This document shows positions 29,401-36,258 of a stretch of 64,000 nucleotides of DNA, piece after piece. Under the pieces are notes generated by a model, which worked only from the letters and a program-made list of their open reading frames with translations, did not search any database and had not been told where the DNA came from. The stretch is from assembly GCA_023819145.1 (NCBI GenBank), contig JAMWCW010000001.1:2400-66399 (forward strand), read 5' to 3'. The first letter of the stretch is position 1, and each line of letters opens with the position of its first letter. Both the position numbers and the translations under genes were made by a program. The DNA is from Candidatus Omnitrophota bacterium (lineage in GTDB: Bacteria > Omnitrophota > Gorgyraeia > DTHP01).

Positions 29401-31891
29401 CCCGCCACGCGACTGGACGCAGTTTAGTTCCTTGGGCACTTTGAAATCTCACTTAGAAAAAGAAGCGCGCATCATGCTTACGCTTGCCCAGCAAGGGCGA
29501 TACTTGGATATCTTTAGTCCCGAAGATATGGGAGAGCTATCCTATTATGCTCAAGAAGGAGGAATGCCTTTAGGAAAATCTCTACGTTTAGAAAAGTTGA
29601 CTCCGGAAAATGCCTTTGTCTATTTTGCCTATCCACAATGGTCCAAACTTCTTTTAGGGCAAACAGATAGTGCCTACGCCAGGATAAATGAACTTGCCCC
29701 AACCATTAAGAGATTAATCGCTTCTAATCCCTACTGGAGAGATGGGCTAACACACTGGGTTACTGATGGTTATGGTTTTGACTATGCGTTTCTTCTTCAG
29801 ATTAAAGAAGAATTAGGTATTGCTTATTTATTGCAAGCTGAGGTAGCAAAGTTCTTTGGGGTGGAAAAACTTGATTTCAATAACCAAGAACATTTGGCAA
29901 TGCTCTGGGAATATACGCAGCGCACCTACTTGAAAGCAAAAGGAAAACTAGAGGAAGAAATCCGTGCCGGAAGAGTAGCCAATGTGGATTCCGAACGAGG
30001 CTGGTCAATGCTTGTAGGTGATACAGGGAAGAATGTTTCTAAGATTGTTTTAGAAAAATATGGTCTGGACTTAACCTCCCCTGGCTGGGATAAGTATTCT
30101 CCTCTTCGGTTCTGGATTTTAGAGATGGCAAGCGCAGTCATACCTGAAGTTAGTTATGAACTTCGGGTTTTAAAGGCGGTAAGACCTATTGTAGAGACTA
30201 TTGAAAAAAGAGCCCTTAAGTTAAACGATAGCTTAGATATGCGACTTTTAGAGAATTATAAAGAGATTGCGCTTGCTTTGGGAAGAGAAATTGTGTTGAA
30301 TGCACATCGTGAAGAAATAGAAAATTTAGGTAAAGAGGCAATTTTAAGAACTTATGAGAAGGTAGTGCGTGGATTAATCCAGAAGGGAGATACCAAGGAA
30401 AAAGCAGAGGCCAGAGTACTTTTTGCTTATCGTGACCAAAGAGAAGCATTAGGAAAAACTGTCCTGTTTGCTAAATATCGAGAAGAAGCAGTTAATTTAG
30501 GAGTTCAAGAATTGGCAAGAAGGGCAGGTTTAATTACTCAACAGGCACCACCTACTCAACAAGCACCTGTAGAAGTAAAGCCTATTGAGCCTCCTAAACC
30601 ACCGGAAGTTCCCCAACCACCTGAGACCCCCAGACCACCGGAAGTTCCCCAACCACTAATTCCTCCTGAGCCTGAGCCTGAGCCTGAGCCGTTTGCACCG
30701 CAAACTCTTCCTACCGTACCAACGGTAACCATTACTCAGACGCCTTCTATCACTTTAGCTTTTGAAATCAGCAACGGCTTAAGCCTGACCTGGTCAAGGA
30801 TAAAAGATTCACAAAACAGAGAAGTTTCTAATTATCAGTGGGAAATTTTGGACGCAAAAGGAAATGTTGTGCGTAGTGGAGAAACATCAGCTTTAAGCAC
30901 TTGGATAAAATATGAGGGACTACTCAGTGGAAATTATCTTTTCCGTGTAAGAGGAGTAATAAGAGAAAAAGGCATATTTATTGAAGGCGAATGGAGTGAA
31001 CACAGTTTTAGTGTAGAAGGAGCACGAGAGCAAACTACTGAAACACCAGCTGCGGAAGGCAAGTTAAGTCCTGTGGTATTGGCTCCTTTTGTTTTTAAAG
31101 GAACAATTAGTGGAGGAGGAAATCTCAACGTTGGAGAGGAGAGTATCTTTAATCTTTGGGGGAATTATAATGAATTAGATAGTGGGTATATAATAATAAG
31201 AGAGAAAAATACAGGGAGAGAAATAGAAAGAATTGTCGTAAATAGCGGAGACAATCGTTATCGTTATTCCTGGACTAATGCCGGACAATATGTGATTCAG
31301 TTGGTAGGTACGAAAGCAGGTGCAACTTATAATTCTAATGAAATAGAGGTTTGGGTAAAACAACCAACTAGTGCAACGAGTGTAACCAGCGCAACGACTA
31401 CTTCTCGTGTACCCGTAGCAGTTAATTGGTCAGCTTATCAATCACCCGAAATAAATCCCCGTGTAAGTGATTCTGAGAATGTCCGCCAGCGAGTTAGCCA
31501 TTATCAAGGAACTACTTCCAAGGATTCCACAGCCCGTTTCTGGAGCGAAAAAGTTTTTGCGTCTATTTTGGCTACCGTAAGAGATAGACAAAAAGCATTT
31601 GTTTTAACCGATATGACAATGTTTGCTTTCACATCTGTTTTTGGAACTTTGCCCAATATGACTGAAAAAGGAGCAGGAATCTGGCACAATGAGATAATTA
31701 GAGCACCAACACAACAACAGTATATCAGTGCAGGTGTTTTTGCTCAGAATTTAGTTATTGATTGGACAACTAAAGCTACAAATTATTTCCGCATGAATTA
31801 TTACTCTGGTTGCAACGCGGATAATTTAATTAAAAAGGCAATTGAAGAGGCAAACCGCTTTGTCTGGGAACGTCAGCATTTATATTTCTAA
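20480..31891 (+). CDS. Giant secreted protein (~3,780 aa from likely ATG 20558): CBM-like, GH144-like endo-beta-1,2-glucanase, helical repeats, Pro-rich linker, FN3 and PKD/Ig-like domains
   Basis: GGAGG RBS before 20558; GH144 motifs at ~22820-24030 (EFSLIDTYL, FYNEYILCYLIAIG, LFQFQYP, DGTISPNA, GRYGFVDSLN, LGQGLAL); FN3 LSLTW...NYLFRVRG...GEWS. Confidence 0.8.
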   Translation: MKYLFYIKIALDNSLAYLREEREEKRMKNLAKKIISLLLVELFLFSQTNFGLTTLLSPPPQHLSVNNNQDNQTLLLPPPLCVDQQSSFPSSVVNIPEERIRAELKPLIEKYLEDTNRSLNDLNTVVNNFSYLVIGGDDGLDLFALEEVKAILEDSLTRQLETPLAQFLGKAVLDLSQREAVVKLSAWSGLYKAVGGFLNRDLKLEDIKDQKALNDFALLIAEKGYALGGIKRVLGDEKVKALYSLEEICNLLSQLRGGETTLTLLQALNGNLPSINNFTPFSAIPTGYEGGFSLSGSRRSPADAEIGFIVPSLELTNIAFKIKIDLEEGSVMPAVKLELVDAQGNKATTTLDEVTDSGKEYTISRDRDDFKIDLITTAFDWSKIERVSLFLVTGGSSQGKITLSGLDAFLLREKKEEVLSAEKINFLLNYGLLGLKKWELPLDIEFIKYIGQLLDHETTRKMVANWMAVLPYAPQLIWRDLFMEGWNIKDEGILGYLTLTALERTGKNKLSPAEILATIQSLVSEFEKGDFGISEDRVLVQLMENALGRKLDFKSYMDVMAYRYWSKLRDLLGQEFVSEKLNSRSLAKSFPKLGDKIELIRRLASAIGFDIKLMTSNPDTWDWFWKEMAIGTSPDMIVDIIWGGFVFKELLEGTLWIGEIDVHHHIEQPFWRYFVEYLPYSGASKEQVVKFILEKYRNLPYDSVAVGFPEVASYGITTAGRTSYNVEAQGHPFTADETKRMLLLYPAINQLLSQLIGLPQQTAPVLSIRSFFTDELDRLLNYFLEARDFSSGAMADALSGVDNSTAAGGFLVMAAIIAAEVGKISKDEANKIIGNFVKFISVTQKMHGLLSHYTRGGTAERAGNSEFSLIDTYLAVSALIAYRNWQGAEPEVVKAINAFLGAVQLEALQVQARTTGLMARGGILNFGVTPERGFTGGIVDFYNEYILCYLIAIGQTDNPNFARDMAFWFYKGITRKQGSGVSEEAFTYPFENSLFQFQYPLVFLPMMFLSDIGSEFGTTDLNHFRNAVSAFLNTHATAVKEGDKFRSFNYHSWAMNASAALASYYSMVIGMPPRDKDGGKSYYDGTISPNATFGGLPFMPYLSYQSLRYLTLAFPQAQGRYGFVDSLNPERNWFSPTYFSLGQGLALMGIWDTLNYGRLDRESAWSLNLRDKFYLKSLFELGFREDLSPQFSAVYQELINGALGIEEAVKAIVTEKDYAVLREYLTSKGLDTTVLLQKWQEIGPWGSSLERGAVISFIRSKIADGRLDNAEIQEILRQARSIADYNLIAEVLLGDPQKNNGLMQWAYDKERNIYKLKSDEGSPNYLLFPLLMQLRIEQTKLTLSNVFSEPEIVGKQGLDLAQAYLDKVEEIARAAQLPDERAIFAFQHFTEKAEGYYAKAIEILQGLIDGKIDSLEEVRAQALLFTAYKKNWQYDQQKEAFKLLAQAVEGNVTFRTEAIDIIASYFGREILADYYQAWVHPQKALTSEQETKVKEAIATALQYPDPDNPPAGKSYVDVLLNNKISLIFFREKYLRQPVVINPYDATQAGQIGYFVTQLFTKGASEEQIVGMLTEMLRYKPLVESVLGRELDLQNNRNDLYLLSLAVALSLQNLPEARIAEIIGGTIVSPENLETAIAAVQNFMLARDLRAFVDKTLQLSRYLRNKENVQIAFDPLLGKFLGQDLPTEKWTDFLIDILTVDNIEEYLTYKVIGELNKIEKINIEKNAFYERRTTRYRYKDAYFGDNTNLDLENERVREILDKAFIIKAELEAIYQTIINVEESSLDHLLLTSLVRLSLDSKVNIEELLGSFTATLRSKGMVEEKAQKIFLTFILPNMPLSLISREGFEQYVADVVQLAGELRLSLSTAKDLAVVSSIVNLKYAGIESIPQDIKELSVHYQALLRSPKLADLRTALGPWAGVVLPELERILGIDLTLATGEQISQAKQWLNVLTLPEFSQVASADIDFLKVWANIAKEAKIIAQLRKELEGFKDSAIRFLEQYVLGETFNSSNPQHQEKYWEWIGYRMPYVMECMHKFMKLDTVEEQKKMFVLGSSVDATIFKLSTPQTLTVLRRREISPVVQALYGEGDIREAYRFGDSPITEDNYAYRALLSYYAELTDKEGNYLPLSLLATTLLLEKELVRDAGLEALYQAHFNLVTGLPTREGVPLTGAIDVSGISGFYVSQMEQWAGLGALDYLLAYLMKTVSLSEAERFVNMGVASAIDVFLTTGQLPPIQGLPSGIMEIFAPAFGDWLLWIKENYAKALLGFSEEDVRRIIKNDTFGFITKALNQAYALKESLASGDSANIESVLVKLFNLDGNPALMEHLRKLLEEDYNPEDSVKGFDSLRLLAQIAQISTIVRPSEDGKFQNTSIGRVGLRKELEILSAVRGIVEKEFGTLDLLRRIDAVWVISGFATPVIYGEKTIGQIETEIKKIATAYRMLRTVLPQEVFASTDPLSLLSSPFMSGVLSFISQRLPSPAFNITFDVDLEYIVAYLTDAQEKQRIDRLYKAIVDDKEGVLKSFLINPVNTKDVNQAGFVSALVNRAWRLIKDKGLTEEQAIGEVNKWLEGIREFLVSAGLHTADYVAEIIADYRKMGLWSYYLSFINPVAEQELAHAQFSPTFPDFVSRYNYSLDAYLQTLPNYSRIPEAQRTELKSLWDKVLSNPTNSGALERFRDVHERITGYSARVFVENFVIDQVLKGKDVSSLIAVANGLWSDFRIKDSRDLEKIIWQLGYKPDWSDSDWQKFKALYERYLETTLFTSQAYVLPTGEEAQALELFLSYYLSSRLGENRMSSLEAMRFHQWAVLVNTFGKGTTIEEKWENFFKEVVLPMRQEIEALMPDYFGRDPVTGKTYFDKYNPVHGGVVAYFIEQALFKMFMNREQVNKQWSQMPAQRGWLVGPRFDQKGNRIAQKVSNPYNNPQEFLRLVLDEVLADLKVAVELKPYVEKARMAFIDVTDPRMAGILWFHVNTLKDPPRDWTQFSSLGTLKSHLEKEARIMLTLAQQGRYLDIFSPEDMGELSYYAQEGGMPLGKSLRLEKLTPENAFVYFAYPQWSKLLLGQTDSAYARINELAPTIKRLIASNPYWRDGLTHWVTDGYGFDYAFLLQIKEELGIAYLLQAEVAKFFGVEKLDFNNQEHLAMLWEYTQRTYLKAKGKLEEEIRAGRVANVDSERGWSMLVGDTGKNVSKIVLEKYGLDLTSPGWDKYSPLRFWILEMASAVIPEVSYELRVLKAVRPIVETIEKRALKLNDSLDMRLLENYKEIALALGREIVLNAHREEIENLGKEAILRTYEKVVRGLIQKGDTKEKAEARVLFAYRDQREALGKTVLFAKYREEAVNLGVQELARRAGLITQQAPPTQQAPVEVKPIEPPKPPEVPQPPETPRPPEVPQPLIPPEPEPEPEPFAPQTLPTVPTVTITQTPSITLAFEISNGLSLTWSRIKDSQNREVSNYQWEILDAKGNVVRSGETSALSTWIKYEGLLSGNYLFRVRGVIREKGIFIEGEWSEHSFSVEGAREQTTETPAAEGKLSPVVLAPFVFKGTISGGGNLNVGEESIFNLWGNYNELDSGYIIIREKNTGREIERIVVNSGDNRYRYSWTNAGQYVIQLVGTKAGATYNSNEIEVWVKQPTSATSVTSATTTSRVPVAVNWSAYQSPEINPRVSDSENVRQRVSHYQGTTSKDSTARFWSEKVFASILATVRDRQKAFVLTDMTMFAFTSVFGTLPNMTEKGAGIWHNEIIRAPTQQQYISAGVFAQNLVIDWTTKATNYFRMNYYSGCNADNLIKKAIEEANRFVWERQHLYF
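21292..21687 (+). repeat. Copy 1 of a ~400-bp near-identical CBM-like coding module
   Basis: Matches 35355-35753 apart from about 10 substitutions and one codon indel. Confidence 0.95.
30590..30690 (+). repeat. Intragenic Pro-rich repeats (ACCACCGGAAGTTCCCCAACCAC x2; CCTGAG x4)
   Basis: Directly visible; encodes PPEVPQP twice and PEPEPEPEP. Confidence 0.85.
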
Positions 31892-31907
31892 AATTTGGGA
31901 TGGGGGA

Positions 31908-31936
31908 TTGACAAAAGGTGAAAAGCATGTTATATT
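31908..31936 (+). promoter_or_regulatory. sigma70 promoter with extended -10
   Basis: TTGACA-17-TATATT with TG. Confidence 0.65.
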
Positions 31937-32123
31937 TTATTAGGGAATAAGCAGCGAAGCGGATTAATGCTTGAGAGAAGGTATAAGAGAAAATTAACGG
32001 GTAGCAACAAAAAGAAATGGATTATATATATTAATATTAAGTTTCACCTTTATTGTGTGCATGAGAGTGTTTACATAAATTTAACTTTTAACCATTAAAC
32101 CGAGGAAAGAAAGGAGGGATAAG

Positions 32124-34355
32124 ATGATGTACAAGAAGATTTTGATGGTAATAGCAGTAGCGGTGATGTTAGTTTCCATCTGTGGCATTAGAGAAATAGA
32201 AGCATGCGGTAGAGGGCCAACGCAATCTCCGATTATGATTGCTTTAAAATATCTTGTAGAGATTTGTGAGGCTAATAAAATAGACGCTTCTATAGGCAAT
32301 ATTTTATCGGCTGATGAAACTATTAGATATCTTGATGCTATTATTCCTTCTATAAGAGATGATTTTACTGCTATTGCCAAAGACGTAGATTTATATTTTA
32401 GATTAGTACGAGGATCTTGGGTTCCTGAACAGGTAATAAGCGTTGTAGAAGCATATTTGAGGCATAGAGGATACGGCGGTATGCTGGATAATGCTTTGAG
32501 TTATTTTGCAGAGGACTGGAGTTTTTTACCTGAAGAAGGCATAGATTTAACTGCCCTATTTGGTGGTCTTGAGAATTTAGAGAAAAAATCCACAATGGAG
32601 ACTTTGACTGTTACTACTAACATAAATCCTTCAGGGGTTATTAGTCTTACCACAACGAGACAAATGACCGAGAAGAGTCTTATTGATTGGCTTCGTGATT
32701 GGTTTATTTTTAACCGAAAGATGGGAATTGGGTATAATTCTTTTGTTGATATGTTTAAAAACCATCTTCCCATCATAGTTAATTCCCCCGATTTAGACAA
32801 TTTTTTCAGGGCAGCAGGCTATACTGGCGGGTTTGATAAAGGAAATTGGTTCCATGTTTCTGAGGCATTGTACTGGGCAGGTACCCTACAGATTTTATCA
32901 TCGAACACTCCTGATACTTACCAGCGCGAAGGCTTAAATTTATTAAAAGAACAGGCAGAGGCTATTCTTGGCAAAACACTGGGTAAGGGTTCCCGATTTA
33001 GTACGCAAGAGGCAATAGAGGTGACCAGTAAGATGATTCGGGCAGGAACAGAATTAATTTCTTACGTAGAGAAATATATCGGGAGAAAAATTGATTTAGC
33101 CCAGAGTTACGACAAAGGATTGCTTTCTTCATATGTGGATGGGATTTTTGGCAGGATAAGGAATTTATACTATAATCCCGCCACGAAAACTTGGAAACCA
33201 GTAGATTACAACAGCGTCTTTACCAAGGCGATAAATGATATGAAAAAGGTAATAGATATTGGAGTGAATAAGATTGGGAATAGCGTTTATCTTGCCTTCT
33301 TTAAAGACAAAGGCGGTTCTGATTATATGGCGAAGATGAGGGCTTACAATGTGGTTATGGGATCGCAATGGGATGAAGCCCAGCACGTGAGGGCAATTCT
33401 AAATTCCTGGTCGTATCATGTTATAAATATAGAAGACTATACCGGAAATCCTACAGGAGCGCTTAACCTTGTAAAAACACTACTTGAATATGATAAAGGC
33501 GAAGGCAAAGTGTTTAAGGATAAAGTTGATACCTTTTTGGGGATTAAACTCAATCTGCTTAGAGAATTCAGGCATCAACAGGCATATAGTAATATGGTCT
33601 CTTTAATTGGCGAGGTGCTTTCGCGAGCAGATTATTTTAAGATTAGCCAAGGTAATATAGACCAAGCATATAACGCAGTTAAGGAGATGCTCGATTTAGC
33701 CCAAGGAAAAGACACCGGAGGAAAGACGTTGTTAGATAAAATAGCTGGATATCTATTTCCAAGTATTTCAGGTGCGCGTAGAGATAGTTTAGAGATGACT
33801 TCAACTCTCTACGGAGGCACAATCTCGGGTATAGCCACCTTCTGGACGCAGGTGCTTTACGCCCGGACAAAACAACTGGGAGATTTTAACAAGGCCATGG
33901 CTTATGTTGATGCCCAACTATCCGCAAGAAAAGAAATAAGGCAAGCGTTAGAGAAGAAATTCGGTATACCTTTAATGATAAATCCTGCGGAAATTAAATA
34001 CGAAGATTTAAGACTACTCAATTTGTTTGAATCTGTTTTGGATGGAGATTTGGCTAATTTGGAGAATACTAAAAGGTGGGTAATAGATTATATTAATTCG
34101 GATAAAGTGAGATTTGCGAATTTTATCTTGCAGAACGCTCAACAAGTAGAGCTTGACCTCGAGGCTTATAAGAAGGCAAATGTAAGACAGCCACTTTATC
34201 CGGAATATCCTACCGCGCCTATCTTGACCGCGGATGTAGGCTTAAGTGGTTATGCCTTTGAGCTTCCGTTGCCTGTTTTAGAAGATAACAATGACAATAG
34301 TGGTTTGGCTACTGCACCACCGTATTTAGGGGATTTTTCATCAATTTTTAATTAA
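32124..34355 (+). CDS. Secreted hypothetical helical protein sharing a repeat motif with the giant protein
   Basis: AAGGAGG RBS, signal peptide; YVEKYIGRKIDLAQSYDKGLLSSY-type motifs. Confidence 0.75.
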   Translation: MMYKKILMVIAVAVMLVSICGIREIEACGRGPTQSPIMIALKYLVEICEANKIDASIGNILSADETIRYLDAIIPSIRDDFTAIAKDVDLYFRLVRGSWVPEQVISVVEAYLRHRGYGGMLDNALSYFAEDWSFLPEEGIDLTALFGGLENLEKKSTMETLTVTTNINPSGVISLTTTRQMTEKSLIDWLRDWFIFNRKMGIGYNSFVDMFKNHLPIIVNSPDLDNFFRAAGYTGGFDKGNWFHVSEALYWAGTLQILSSNTPDTYQREGLNLLKEQAEAILGKTLGKGSRFSTQEAIEVTSKMIRAGTELISYVEKYIGRKIDLAQSYDKGLLSSYVDGIFGRIRNLYYNPATKTWKPVDYNSVFTKAINDMKKVIDIGVNKIGNSVYLAFFKDKGGSDYMAKMRAYNVVMGSQWDEAQHVRAILNSWSYHVINIEDYTGNPTGALNLVKTLLEYDKGEGKVFKDKVDTFLGIKLNLLREFRHQQAYSNMVSLIGEVLSRADYFKISQGNIDQAYNAVKEMLDLAQGKDTGGKTLLDKIAGYLFPSISGARRDSLEMTSTLYGGTISGIATFWTQVLYARTKQLGDFNKAMAYVDAQLSARKEIRQALEKKFGIPLMINPAEIKYEDLRLLNLFESVLDGDLANLENTKRWVIDYINSDKVRFANFILQNAQQVELDLEAYKKANVRQPLYPEYPTAPILTADVGLSGYAFELPLPVLEDNNDNSGLATAPPYLGDFSSIFN

Positions 34356-34364
34356 TATCAGCAT

Positions 34365-34395
34365 ATTTACTTCCCTCTTCAAGAGGGAAGTAAAT
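34365..34395. terminator. Perfect hairpin, probable terminator
   Basis: ATTTACTTCCCTC-TTCAA-GAGGGAAGTAAAT. Confidence 0.6.
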
Positions 34396-34431
34396 TGAGG
34401 GCTTATTAATAATTTTTTAAAAGGGGGTATA

Positions 34432-36243
34432 ATGAAAAGAGGGGGATTAAATATTCTTTGTGCAGTGCTTTTTTTCCTTCCGGCAGGATATTGGGGAGAT
34501 AATTTGAAAATTTCTGTTCTTTCTTCACAACAGACTCAAGATGCCCAGAAAGTGGCTGCGATAGCTTCTCCATCATTAAGCGAAATGGTTTCAGGACGTC
34601 CCACTGTTGAGACACCTTTTTTGGCTGGACCAGAGTATTATCTACCTTTTATTACTTTGCGCAAAAATTTGGATAAAAAGCACATTTGTTCTTGGGTTCC
34701 TCGGCAGTCCTTTTGGACGGGATGGCTCGAACCTAACAATTACTGGACAAGAATTGGTGACTTTATCAATCTCGATTATTTGTTGGAAGAGTCGGAAATA
34801 AATAGCGGAAAATTCATTCTTTATAATTTAGAAATCATTGATAGACTTTTACAAATGGACGTTAAACAAATCGCCGGCAAAAGGGTAAAGAAGATTGAAG
34901 AAATTTCTCCACTTAAAACTATTGGGATTGGCAGTCGCTTTCCCGAGGACAAAGATAAAATTTACCTTGACCAATTACCGGGGATAAAGGGAGTAAAATT
35001 TATTTTAGAAGATAATTCCGAGATTGTAGTCTTACCATCTTTTTACCAACAGCCCACTTTGGCAATCTTAACTTACGGCGGTAATAATAGAGACAAGAAT
35101 GTTTCGGTTGCCATAACCCAGAAATTGGAAGAGAGCTTTCTGGATACGGTGCTTAACCAGGTAATAATCTCAGCTAAGGAGGAGATTAGAACCCAGACCT
35201 TGGAAGATGTGGTGAAGAAATATCTCTTTGGGGAGATACCTGCACAACTTAATTATGTCCAGTGGAAACGCTTGGTAGAGGAGATGGAGAGAGTAGAAAC
35301 TGAATTAAAGGAAGTGACGGTTACTACCTCTTTAAGAGAGCTTTTAGGAAATGTTTTGCCCTCAATAAACAATTTTACTTCTTTTTCAGCAATCCCAACT
35401 GGTTATGAAGGAGGATTCAGGTTATCAGGTAGCCGGCGTAGTCCAGCTAATGCGGAGATTGGATTTATTGTGCCTTCCCTGGAGTTAACAAATATTGCCT
35501 TCAAGATAAAGATAGATTTAGAAGAAGGTAGTGTTATGCCCGCAGTTAAATTAGAACTGGTTGATGCCCAGGGTAATAAAGCGACTACTACCTTAGATGA
35601 GGTTACAGATTCGGGTAAGGAGTATACAATAAGTAGAGACAGAGATGATTTTAAAATAGATCTAATAACTGGAACGGCATTTGACTGGAGGAAGATAGAA
35701 CGAGTTAAATTATCTTTAGTTACCGGTGGGAGTTCTCAAGGAAAAATAACCTTAGAGGATATCGATTTAAAAAAGGAATCTCCTGCTTCTGTTTCTTTAG
35801 GGACGATGATGGCAGAATATAAGTTACGGGCATACCTTAAACCTTATGTTGCCAAATTCTTTGACCTGCCTGTTTATTCTCCCTATTTTGACACCAAACC
35901 CATCGTTAAAAAATGGTTTGATTGCTTTGCCAATGCTACCTCTGCTGGCGTAGTCAAAGGAGATTTTTCTGTAGCGGAGGTACTTGGGTCTATAGGTTAC
36001 TGGGGTATGCTTAAAGCATTTCTTACCTCTCTTCGTCAGATTATAACCTTGCCTTCTAATCCTGTAGAGGAAAAAATACTTTTAGATTTTGGTGGAGATA
36101 TTTATTCTTTTGTGCAGGGACTTGACTTGTCTTCGGCAGTTCCCGAGGGAGTGGAGATAGAGTCATTGACTTTTGAAACAAAATTGCTATTATTACCCGA
36201 GGATATTTTGCTTTTTATAATGCGGGAGGCTTATGAAATATAA
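34432..36243 (+). CDS. Secreted hypothetical protein carrying the duplicated CBM-like module
   Basis: Hydrophobic N-terminus; KLELVDAQGNK...FDWRKIERV module. Confidence 0.75.
   Translation: MKRGGLNILCAVLFFLPAGYWGDNLKISVLSSQQTQDAQKVAAIASPSLSEMVSGRPTVETPFLAGPEYYLPFITLRKNLDKKHICSWVPRQSFWTGWLEPNNYWTRIGDFINLDYLLEESEINSGKFILYNLEIIDRLLQMDVKQIAGKRVKKIEEISPLKTIGIGSRFPEDKDKIYLDQLPGIKGVKFILEDNSEIVVLPSFYQQPTLAILTYGGNNRDKNVSVAITQKLEESFLDTVLNQVIISAKEEIRTQTLEDVVKKYLFGEIPAQLNYVQWKRLVEEMERVETELKEVTVTTSLRELLGNVLPSINNFTSFSAIPTGYEGGFRLSGSRRSPANAEIGFIVPSLELTNIAFKIKIDLEEGSVMPAVKLELVDAQGNKATTTLDEVTDSGKEYTISRDRDDFKIDLITGTAFDWRKIERVKLSLVTGGSSQGKITLEDIDLKKESPASVSLGTMMAEYKLRAYLKPYVAKFFDLPVYSPYFDTKPIVKKWFDCFANATSAGVVKGDFSVAEVLGSIGYWGMLKAFLTSLRQIITLPSNPVEEKILLDFGGDIYSFVQGLDLSSAVPEGVEIESLTFETKLLLLPEDILLFIMREAYEI
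35355..35753 (+). repeat. Copy 2 of the ~400-bp CBM-like coding module
   Basis: Matches 21292-21687. Confidence 0.95.
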
Positions 36244-36258
36244 TAAAAGGAGGGACTT

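Noticed and set aside
21292-35753. 400-bp repeat pair as a DGR template/variable repeat
   Set aside because: Differences are not adenine-specific on either strand and no reverse transcriptase is in the window
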